Shown: positions 54,027-64,000 of the stretch, one piece after another
Position numbering within the stretch: position 1 is the stretch's first letter
Layout: the number at the start of each line of letters is the position of its first letter
NCBI GenBank assembly: GCA_964035545.1
Contig: OZ037770.1
Span: 15,800,642 to 15,864,641, forward strand
DNA length: 64,000 bases
Direction of reading: 5' to 3'
Source: Bugula neritina
Taxonomy: Eukaryota > Animalia > Bryozoa
Notes under the pieces: generated by a model
What the model saw: the letters and a program-made list of their open reading frames with translations, nothing else
The model's database searches: none
Told to the model about the DNA's origin: nothing
Translations under genes and position numbers: made by a program

Positions 54027-56854
54027 TCAAACAAAAGTTTTATCAATTACAAGTCTTTCTACTCTCACATAAGGAGTGTTGGTTGTATGAGATGTAACAT
54101 GCTTGCTCAAGGCAGCATTACTTCTACACCTGTAGCTACACACAATACAGTTAACATATTCCGTCTGCATATGTACACTTTGCCTGTGTCTCTTCAGCGT
54201 TCTTATACACTTAAATCGACTTTCACAGTTGGCGCATTTGAACTGCTTATCTTCTGTATGAATTCTCAGATGACAATTTAAAAGCCATTGCTGTGTACAT
54301 CTATAGTCACATTTTGAACACTGGAAAGGTTTTTCTCCTGTGTGAATCATCATATGTTTAGCTAGGCTGGATCTTTGGTTACATTTATAGTCGCATCTGG
54401 AACATTGGAAAGGTTTCTCTCCTGTGTGAATTAACATATGTCTAGCTAGGCTGGATTTTAAAGTAAATCTATAGTCACATCTGGAACATTGGAAAGCCTT
54501 TTCTCTCGTATGAGTTACCATATGTGTAGATAGGTTGGATTTTAAAGCACATTTATAGTCACATTTAAAACACTGGAAAGGTTTTTCTCCTGTATGAGTT
54601 AACATATGTCTAGTTAGGTGGGATTTTAAAGTAAATCTATAGTCACATTTAAAACATTGGAAAGCCTTTTCTCTCGTATGAGTTAACATATGTGTAGATA
54701 GGTTGGATTTTAAAGCACATTTATAGTCGCATCTGGAACATTGGAAAGGTTTCTCTCCTGTGTGAATTAACATATGTCTAGCTAGGCTGGATTTTAAAGT
54801 AAATCTATAGTCACATTTGAAACATTGGAAAGCCTTTTCTCTCGTATGAGTTACCATATGTGTAGATAGGTTGGATTTTTGGTTACATTTATAGTCACAT
54901 TTCGAACACTGGAAAGGCTTTTCATCTTTATGAACACTGATATGACTGGACAACACATGTTCAGTGCAAAATCTATGGCCACATTCAGTGCAGGGTTTGT
55001 TGCTGGTGTGACTCTTCATATGCTGTGTCAAACTAGACTTTCTTCTGAATTTATTGTCACACTGATTACACTGATGAGATTTTTCTACTCTGTGAATGCT
55101 ATCGTTCATACCTAAATTACATTTAGAAGCACCCTGGTGGTCACACTTGGTACATGGATTCAGCTTTCCTCTAGTATGTACCATCACATGCTTAGTTTTA
55201 GAGTTGTTAGCAGAAGCCGAATAATTCTCTTCCATCAGGATCTCTGATTGTGATGTTTGCAATGTATAACCTGAGTAAGTAAAATAAGTAAATTAAATGA
55301 CTTACTAGCTGGAATCCAGGACCACAAACACTCATCAGCTTTTGTATGTGCTGATAATACTCTATAGATTCCACAGGGTATTTAATATGTGAATCTCTTA
55401 GAACCAAGGTATTTACTCTGATTCTATGTTGAGGGAGTAGGTCACCAATACTTACAGCTACTTATGTGACAGAACAAGTACCCTACCACCAACACACAGC
55501 AACTAACACAGTAACTCATACAGCAACTAACAATTTAACTAACACTGTAACTAACACTGTTACTCATTACAGTAATTCATACAGTAACTAACACAGTAAC
55601 ACATACAGTAACTAACACAGTAACTCATACAGCAACTAACACAGTAACTAACACTGTAACTAACACAGTAGCTAACACAGTAACTAACACTGTAATCAAC
55701 TAGAGAGTCAACTATACCCTGAACTCACCTTCAGTTGAATCTCGAGTAGAATCCATTTCATCAGATAACATCTGGGAATCTCCAGTTCTCCTGACCAAAC
55801 TACTATCACCTGCTGAATAAAAGAAAATACTGATGTTTATTATCATACAGCAGCTTAAATATATTAACACACATCACTTCTGTTATCACATGACCACAGA
55901 CTAACTCTAATATATTAACACACATCACTTCTGTTATCACATGACCACAGACTAACTCTAATATATTAACACACATCACATCTGTTATCACATGACCACA
56001 GACTAACTCTAATATATTAACACACATCACCTCTGTTATCACATCACCACAGACTAACTCTAATATATTAACACACATCACTTCTGTTATCACATCACCA
56101 CAGACTAACTCTAATATATTAACACACATCACCTCTGTTATCACATCACCACAGACTAACTCTAATATATTAACACACATCACTTCTGTTATCACATCAC
56201 CACAGACTAACTCTAATATATTAACACACATCACCTCTGTTATCACATCACCACAGACTAACTCTAATATATTAACACACATCACTTCTGTTATCACATC
56301 ACCACAGACTAACTCTAATATATTAACACACATCACCTCTGTTATCACATCACCACAGACTAACTCTAATATATTAACACACATCACCTCTGTTATCACA
56401 TGACCACAGACCTTGCTCAGCATGTTGTTCTTCAGGTTCCAGGTCTATCTCTACATCTGGTGAAGAAAGAATTGCTATTTAATGGGTCACCAAATATTAG
56501 AACATTCATTCAATGCACAATACCACATTCATTTCTTCGTAACCCAAGAAACTATTAATCAAATAAAAATGCTAACCTGTTGGTACCTCGACTTTCACTA
56601 CAAGATCTTCTGCATGATATTCTGCAGTATCTTCTGCATGATATTCTGCAGTATCTTCTGCATGTTCTTCTGCAGGATTTAGCTCAATCTCTATGTCTGT
56701 AAAGATAACAATTGATGGTCACCCAAAACACCAAGTTAATGTAAAGCATGGATTAACTTCTGTAATTTACATAACAATACGAACCTGTCGTTGGTTCCAC
56801 CTTTACAAAGTTAGGGCTGTATTCATTTCTTTTTTTTTCAAAATTTTTCTCCAT
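54027..56854 (-). CDS. C2H2 zinc-finger array gene, copy A (12 intact + 1 degenerate finger; 5 coding exons)
   Basis: Small acidic exons (MEKNFEKKRNEYSPNFVKVEPTT|DIEIELNPAEEHAED..|DVEIDLEPEEQHAEQ|..) splice in phase to the finger exon 54027-55270; TGEKPF/TREKAF linkers. Confidence 0.88.
55858..56411. repeat. ~51-bp intronic minisatellite beginning at a donor (17-codon unit)
   Basis: Minus-strand unit GTCTGTGGTGATGTGATAACAGAGGTGATGTGTGTTAATATATTAGAGTTA; the first unit starts at AAG|GTCTGT. Confidence 0.95.
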
Positions 56855-58477
56855 CTACCAAACAGTTATAAAAGTAAATACTAGTGTAACTAGGTGATTT
56901 TAATACCTTTACTCATAACTATTACTTGAGAGAATATTTACTACATGCAGTATTATAACACAATTGTGATTTGAACACTAAAACACTTCATTTCCTATCT
57001 TTGTGAGCTCCAATGGCACAAATTCTAGCACTCATTAGGGCTTTAACAAACAGCAATAGCCTATGTTACAATTAAAAAGCCATAACATTAGCCAGAATGA
57101 TAAGTAGCCTAAAATATAACTAAAACTATAACTATAAGTAAAACATATTCCATGATATAGATATTATGTATTCAAATATTTACATTACAGTTAGTGTTAC
57201 TATAACTATAAGTTAGTTAATAAGTATAATCAAGATAGTAAGTATCATAAATATTATTATTGCTTGCAATTATATTTACATATTAATTGATATTATTAGT
57301 ATGATTACCACAATCATAATGACAATAACAATCATAATGATAATTAGTAGGTGAGTAACACTTTGACTTTGAGGTTTGACTTATACTGACACTAACAGTA
57401 ACACTAACAGTAAGCTAAGACTAAAACTGAGTGAATCTAAAACTAAAAGTAAAAGCAAGACTAAGAGTAAGATGAAGACTAAGAGTAGGTCAAAGTGTAA
57501 CTGTCTGTAACATTAACAGTAACAGATCCAAAGTTAAATTAGTTTTGCTATAGTATTAGTATTACGTCTGTATTAATATTACTATTACTATTAGTATTAG
57601 TATAACTATAAGTATTACTATATTAATATACTAATAGTAATACTAGTAATACTAATACTATTACTATTAGTATTACATTTACTATTACTATTAGTAATAC
57701 TATTAGTATTAGTATTACTATAAGTATAACTATTACTGAGTATTAGATTTAGTATTAGTATTACAACCGTAATAAATAAATAATAACAACCACAGTCGCT
57801 GGAAATTGACGATCATTATCAGCATCACTATATAATATATAAATCATGAATCATTGTGACTATTACTTTGGTTATCAATATTAATACAATAACTATAATT
57901 TATATGATAATGATAGAATTAACAAGTAACGTAACACTTGGTCGGTTCGTCCGCATTACTACCACGAATGGTGCTATAAGCAGCGCTGAGCTGTTGGTGA
58001 GTGAGTGCAATCGTTTCGGATTCTTGGATTCGAAGCTTGAATGACACCTGAATTTACAGTGAAGAACCGCAAGCTATTGCACCTATTCACCAATAACTAG
58101 GCGCTTCTTATAGAAGCATTTTTATGCCAGTATACCACGCTTTTATTTGAAGTCGCTAGAAGGAGCACGGAGTTAGGACACAAACTGAGTGTCGCGTCTG
58201 TTTACTCCAGACTTCAACTCCTGCATTCAGTTACTTATAGCTCATTAGTTAGCAAGCAGTTCAACTCACTGAACTCAAAATATCTTTTCCAGTTCAATGT
58301 TTAGACTAGTAAAAGAATGATGGAGTAAAAATGAGAGACAATGCTGGTGTCGTATCAAATGTATAAATTTAAAAGGATCTTTCCTTTGATCTAGTGAGGT
58401 CAATGTCACAATTTTTATATATATAAACACTACTTGCCTTTACCTTACACATAAATTTATAATTATACTAACAAAGC

Positions 58478-58738
58478 CACTATGTACTGGTGAGAATATA
58501 GACTATGTACTAGAGAGAATATATACTATGTACTAGAGAGAATATAGACTATGTACTAGAGAGAATATAGACTCTGTACTGATGGCAATATAGACTATGT
58601 ACTAGAGAGAATATAGACTATGTACTAGAGAGAATATAGACTATGTACTAGAGAGAATATAGACTATGTACTAGAGAGAATATAGACTCTGTACTGATGA
58701 GAATATAGACTATGTACTAGAGAGAATATAGACTTTGT
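58478..58738. repeat. 23-bp minisatellite downstream of ZF copy B
   Basis: GACTATGTACTAGAGAGAATATA, ~11 copies. Confidence 0.9.
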
Positions 58739-59344
58739 ATGTATGTATGAATACATGTGAATATTCAAATATTGATCAGGTGATGTATCTATACCACAAT
58801 GCCTTACTTTTACTCACCAATGATTCTGTGGAAGACTTCTAACACGCTGAATAAAATAAGCTAGATGCATAAAACTAGTCTCCTTCCAATTATTACACTC
58901 TCCATGTGTGTACGTGACTATTTGAAACTATTTCTCAACAAGATACATTAAGCCTTTGCAACCTGATGGAGCTTTAAAAAGTCAGCAATTACAGTTTATA
59001 ATAATGAACTTTAATAAGTGGACAAAACGCATTAAATTTGGAGTTATGATACCTTGAACACAGAATAACATGAGGACACAATTCTAGAGTGTTCAGGATG
59101 CCAATTACGAAAGAAATATTGTATTCTCTGTGCTGTGAATTGTAAAGTTATATTATGAAATTAGGAAATTTTATGTAGAACACAAGTGCGTCTAGTAAAC
59201 AGAATACTCAATATAGACAGCTGGTAGAGCTAACACATATCGCTATATTTGACTTGAGTTGTAATGGAATTGAACACATTATACCAACAGCTTACTTATA
59301 ATCACACCAATAAAACCAGACAATTCAGCAGATAAAATGGTGGA

Positions 59345-61108
59345 TCAAACAAAATTTTTATCAATTCCAAGTCTTTCTACTCTCACATAAGGAGTGTTGG
59401 TTGTATGAGATGTAACATGCTTGCTTAAGGCAGCATTACTTCTACACCTGTAGCTACACACAATACAGTTAACGTATTTCGTCTGCATATGTACACTTTG
59501 CCTATGTATCTTCAGAGTTCTTATACACTTAAATCGACTTTCACAGTTGGCGCATTTGAACTGCTTATCTTCTGTATGAATTCTCAGGTGACAATTTAAA
59601 AGCCATTGCTGAGTACATCTATAGTCACACTTTGAACACTGGAAAGGTTTTTCTCCTGTGTGAGTTAACATATGTTTAGCTAGGCTGGATCTTTGGTTAC
59701 ATTTATAGTCGCATCTGGAACATCGGAGAGGTTTTTCTCTCGTGTGAGTTAACATATGTTTAGCTAGGCTGGATCTTTGGTTACATTTATAGTCGCATCT
59801 GGAACATTGGAATGGTTTCTCTCCTGTGTGAATTAGCATATGTCTAGCTAGGCTAGATTTTAAAGTAAATCTATAGTCACATTTAAAACATTGGAAAGCC
59901 TTTTCTCTCGTATGAGTTAACATATGTGTAGATAGGTTGGATTTTAAAGCACATTTATAGTCACATTTAAAACACTGGAAAGGTTTTTCTCCTGTATGAG
60001 TTAACATATGTCTAGCTAGGTGGGATTTTAAAGTAAATCTATAGTCACATTTAAAACATTGGAAAGCCTTTTCTCTCGTATGAGTTAACATATGTGTAGA
60101 TAGGTTGCATTTTAAAGCACATTTATAGTCGCATCTGGAACATTGGAAAGGTTTCTCTCCTGTGTGAGTTAACATATGTCTAGCTAGGCTGGATTTTAAA
60201 GTAAATCTATAGTCACATTTGAAACACTGGAAAGGTTTTTCTCCTGTGTGAGTTAACATATGTTTAGCTAGGCTGGATTTTAAAGTACATTTATAGTCAC
60301 ATTTGGAACACTGGAAAGGTTTTTCTCCTGTATGAGTTAACATATGTTTAGCTAGGCTGGATCTTTGGTTACATTTATAGTTGCATCTGGAACACTGGAA
60401 AGGTTTTTCTCCTGTATGAGTTAACATATGTCTAGCTAGGGTAGATTTTAAAGCACATTTATAGTCACATTTGAAACACTGGAAAGGTTTTTCTCCTGTA
60501 TGAGTTAACATATGTTTAGCTAGGCTGGATTTTTGGTTACATTTATAGTCGCATCTGGAACATCGGAAAGGTTTTTCTCCCGTGTGAGTTAACATATGTC
60601 TAGCTAGGCGGGATTTTTGGTTACATTTATAGTCGCATCTGGAACATTGGAAAAGCTTTTCATCTTTATGAACACTGTTATCACAAACAGCTGAAAGATG
60701 CTCTCCGTGTTGTATTGCAGGTTCCAGGTCTATCTCTACATCTGGTAAAGAAAGAATTGCTACTTGATGTGTCACTAGAACATTTATTCAATGCACAATA
60801 CCACATTCATTTCTTTGTAACCCAAGAAACTATTAATCAAATGAAAATGCTAACCTGTTGGTACCTCGACTTTAACTACCAGATCTTCTGCATGATATTC
60901 TGCAGTATCTTCTACATTTTCTTCTGCAGGATTTAGCCCAATCTCTATGTCTGTAAAGATAACAATTGATGGTCACACGAAAAACCAAGTTAATGTAAAG
61001 CATGGATTAACTTCTGTAATTTACATAACAATACGAACCTGTCGGTGGTTCCACCTTTACAAAGTTAGGGCTGTATTCATTTCTTTTTTTTTCAAAATTT
61101 GTCTCCAT
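59345..61108 (-). CDS. C2H2 zinc-finger array gene, copy B (15 fingers; 3 coding exons)
   Basis: Paralog of copy A: same first two exons and near-identical last three fingers, tail and 3' flank. Confidence 0.88.
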
Positions 61109-61218
61109 CTACCAAACAGTTATAAAAGTAAATACTAGTGTAACTAGGTGATTTTAATACCTTTACTCATAACCATTACTTGAGAGAATATTTGCTGCAT
61201 GCAGTATTATAACACAAT

Positions 61219-61758
61219 TGTCACAAAACTGTTGGTAGCAGTGTGACGAGTTCGAAAAGTCTGGTAGTCAGAAGTATAGAGACAAGTAGCATACAGCTTG
61301 CTAATCCAGTTGAGAGTAAATAGAGTAGACTTTATTTCTTCAGTAAGATATGCACAGATGAACTTATAAGAGTGAACTCCGAGAATGAACTTATGAAAAT
61401 GAACTGATTCGTAAACACAACTGCCTCAGTATTTATAGTAAACAGAAAAACTCTAGAACATTCTCAAGCATTCCAGTATAGAAGATTCTAGTAGGAAACA
61501 TTCCCCACATGCCAATACTATTTATAGAAAATCAAAACAAAACAAAACATTGGAATTTCCATGGTTATTTCGCAATTATTGCGCAATACCTTGTTTACAT
61601 TGCTGGGCAGTAGTTAACATGACTAACCAAAACAGTAACAATGAACAATGACCCATCTCTTTGATTAGTCTAGAATATTTATGAACATTCCTGTATAATC
61701 ATTAGGAAAAACCCGGTAAGTCTATTTATAGGTATATGTACACTCAGAATTTGTGACA
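61219..61758 (-). repeat. 3' LTR (540 bp)
   Basis: TG...CA ends with 9-bp inverted termini; PPT immediately inside; homology to paralogous locus A stops exactly at 61218. Confidence 0.85.
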
Positions 61759-61817
61759 ACCCCCCATTCTAAGAGAAATTATCTTGATCATTTCTCCTAA
61801 CTACTTAAAATTCTGAG

Positions 61818-64000
61818 TCAATTCGGCTTAGATAATCGGCTCCAACATTGTCCTTTCCTCTTGTTGACTCCACCTTGATTATGAAGTTCTGTAAATACAT
61901 AGCCCATCTCATCACTCTGCTGTTTATTACTGTACAGGTCCAACAAATTATCTTCGCATTCTTCTCTTTCCTTATCGTGATCAATAATTCCAGCACCAGC
62001 AGCATCTAGAGTCATTACAGCTCCAACAGTCATAGAGTCGGTAGGCGTCTCCCGCTCAAAATATTTCTTCAGCATGTTGGCATGGTATGTTCTCCTCTTG
62101 CCTTTAATGTTGATGATGTAGTCATTTAGTCTGACTTTCTCCTCAATATTGAATGGTCCTTGCCAATGCATCAGCAATTTATTTCCATCCGTAGGTAAAA
62201 GAATGAGCACTTTGTCACCAGATTTGAAGTCTCTCTGCTTAGCTTTCTTGTCAAAATAGTGTTTGTATCTTTTTTGACTGTCTTTTAGCGAAGCTAGTGC
62301 CATTTCCATCATGTCATCTAAACGCTCTCTCAATTCAAAAACATGTTGATAGCAGGTCTTGACTTCATCGGCAGTGTCTTCTTTTGTCCAAAGTTGTCGC
62401 AGGATGTACATTGGTCCACGTACAGTTCTTCCATAGAGTAACTCGAATGGGGCGAAGCCTGTTGATTCCTGTGGGACTTCTCTATATGCAAATAGAGCCG
62501 CATTGATGAACCGATGCCACTGTCTTGGCTCTTTAGCACACAACTTTTTTAACATACTCTTGAGGGTTCCGTTGAACTTTTCCACAAGTCCATTGGCCAT
62601 TGCATGGTATGGTGAGGTAGGAAGTTGTCGCATGTCAAGTAATCTGGTAAACTCTTTCATGTAATCCGAGATGAATTGAGTTCCTTGGTCGCTTATCACC
62701 TCCTCTGGTATCCCAACACGACTGTATATGTCAAGCAGCGCTTCAGCTACAGTAGCTGAGTCAATGTTCTTCAATGGTGTAGCTTCAGGGTATCTTGTAG
62801 CATAGTCAACTAAAGTTAGGATGTAGCGGTGTCCTTTCTCACTTGGAGGGTTAATTGGTCCGACTAGGTCTATTGCACATCTCTTGAATGGGGTGTCAAT
62901 TAGTGGTGTTTCCTGTACTGGAACTTTCATGACTGAGCCTTTTTTCACCGTCTTCTGGCAAATGTCACATGATTGACAGAAACGTACGACATCTCCGTTT
63001 AGTCCTGGCCAGAAGAAGTTGGAAAGCACTCTATCAGTGGTTTTCTTTACTCCTAGGTGTCCGCTCATTATGCAGTCATGAGCTTTCTGTAGAACTTCCT
63101 TCCTCAGAGAACTGGGTACCATGAGTTGTTTAACAGGTTTTACACTGAAAGACTTCGATTCGGTGTACTCACGGTACAGAATCTTGTTTCTCACCACAAA
63201 CCTGGTGGTGCATCCCTTTTTCTCCTTCACTTCTTTTGCATCGAAGAAACGCTCCAATGTGGGGTCATCTCTCTGCAGTCTGGCTATTTCATCTTTCCCT
63301 ATACTTAATGGGTTAGCATTTGAATCAATCATCAGGGGTTTGTCTCCTGACTTCTCCTTGACAGCTTGAGCTCTTGTGGTTACGGCGCAGTCCTTCCAGT
63401 TTTCCAGCGGCTGGTCAGCTGATCTCGCTCCATCCACATTCCCAATAAGCAGGTCACAAATCGTCTTGTCCATTACTGCAGCTTTGACGACACCATTGTA
63501 AAATGGTGAGCGCACTGAGATAAGTGCCCACTGAGCATCCCTAACACTTGCATCAGCCATCTTCAAATAAACTGATTCTCCAGTTAAATGTTGAGGTTGC
63601 ACGTACTTTGCATTGACTACAATGCAACCACAGCCGGTGTCGCGCATTACAGTAGCTGGTTGGCCATTAATTTCCGCATCAAATATTGCTGTGCCCCCAT
63701 CTTTGAATTTAGGTCCATTCTTGCAAACAGCAGCGTTGATAAACTTTTTACCATTAACTATGATTTCTGTAGGTTCTTCCACTTTAGATGAGATTCCTGG
63801 ATCTATGACCACGGTCTTATTCTGAGTAGTCCCTATTGCAGCAGCAGCACGCACTGACCTTCCACCATACTTTCTGCAGTCAGAAGTATTGTGATTGTTC
63901 ATCTTGCAATGTGAACAGTACTTCTTCCCTCGCCGTGGGCAGTTACGAGCAATGTGTGACTTATCTTTGCAGATGAAGCATGCACCATCGCTTTTACTTC
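61818..64000 (-). CDS. Gag(zinc knuckle)-protease-integrase polyprotein, open at the window edge
   Basis: CFICKDKSHIARNC knuckle (~63940-63985); protease MRDTGC; integrase H-H-C-C (AHDCIMSGHLG..CQSCDIC) and DDE core (AIDLVGP, ISDQGTQF, NGLVEKFNGTLK); WQGPF module. Confidence 0.9.
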   Translation of the reverse strand, partial: SKSDGACFICKDKSHIARNCPRRGKKYCSHCKMNNHNTSDCRKYGGRSVRAAAAIGTTQNKTVVIDPGISSKVEEPTEIIVNGKKFINAAVCKNGPKFKDGGTAIFDAEINGQPATVMRDTGCGCIVVNAKYVQPQHLTGESVYLKMADASVRDAQWALISVRSPFYNGVVKAAVMDKTICDLLIGNVDGARSADQPLENWKDCAVTTRAQAVKEKSGDKPLMIDSNANPLSIGKDEIARLQRDDPTLERFFDAKEVKEKKGCTTRFVVRNKILYREYTESKSFSVKPVKQLMVPSSLRKEVLQKAHDCIMSGHLGVKKTTDRVLSNFFWPGLNGDVVRFCQSCDICQKTVKKGSVMKVPVQETPLIDTPFKRCAIDLVGPINPPSEKGHRYILTLVDYATRYPEATPLKNIDSATVAEALLDIYSRVGIPEEVISDQGTQFISDYMKEFTRLLDMRQLPTSPYHAMANGLVEKFNGTLKSMLKKLCAKEPRQWHRFINAALFAYREVPQESTGFAPFELLYGRTVRGPMYILRQLWTKEDTADEVKTCYQHVFELRERLDDMMEMALASLKDSQKRYKHYFDKKAKQRDFKSGDKVLILLPTDGNKLLMHWQGPFNIEEKVRLNDYIINIKGKRRTYHANMLKKYFERETPTDSMTVGAVMTLDAAGAGIIDHDKEREECEDNLLDLYSNKQQSDEMGYVFTELHNQGGVNKRKGQCWSRLSKPN

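Larger units (their letters stand above)
53440..61218 (-). repeat. Tandem segmental duplication of the ZF gene (A ~53440-56966; B ~58762-61218)
   Basis: Long near-identical blocks: 53440-54920 vs 58762-60675 (finger number differs) and 56433-56966 vs 60716-61218. Confidence 0.9.
61219..64000 (-). mobile_element. Gypsy-family (Gmr1-like) LTR retrotransposon, internally deleted; runs off the window
   Basis: 3' LTR 61219-61758 with TGTCACAAA...TTTGTGACA termini, adjacent polypurine tract (minus: AGAATGGGGGGT), and a gag-PR-INT ORF with an RNaseH C-terminal remnant. Confidence 0.92.

Noticed and set aside
4549-56423. Many long low-complexity ORFs in the track (e.g. RRQLTE, LSLSYYI, YTTQTIQ, MVRRLSHIVYT, EYIPV, VCGDVITEVMCVNILEL repeats)
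   Set aside because: They are translations of intronic or UTR minisatellites that happen to lack stops; the flanking true exons splice around them.
61805-62005. Separate 66-aa gene or programmed frameshift product
   Set aside because: Better explained as the out-of-frame RNaseH tail left by an internal deletion.

Overview
AT-rich, gene-dense eukaryotic (metazoan invertebrate-like) genomic DNA with GT-AG spliced genes. Left to right: a divergent profilin-fold gene (+); RBM28/NOP4 (-) head-to-head with SURF1 (+); a secreted Reeler-domain/Ser-Thr-rich protein (-); LYAR (-) head-to-head with DNA polymerase lambda (+); a secreted WSC-domain + purple acid phosphatase (ACP5-like) fusion (-) head-to-head with an NR1-type nuclear receptor (+); a 7-finger C2H2 gene (-); an ankyrin-repeat gene (-); and two tandemly duplicated C2H2 zinc-finger array genes (-). 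A Gmr1-like (PR-INT-RT order) Gypsy LTR element with RT/RNaseH deleted is inserted just upstream of the second array gene's ATG. Mobile DNA also includes two near-identical 1.14 kb hAT-type non-autonomous elements (8-bp TSDs, each with a nested inverted-repeat element) and a GATC-rich MITE. The most striking feature is that most larger introns carry their own private minisatellite, and many repeat units are copies of the splice junction itself (exon end + donor, or acceptor + exon start). This creates ladders of decoy or in-frame alternative splice sites, and one SURF1 intron is built almost entirely of GT...AG units. Exon coordinates were derived by eye and may be off by a few bases; no database searches were run.
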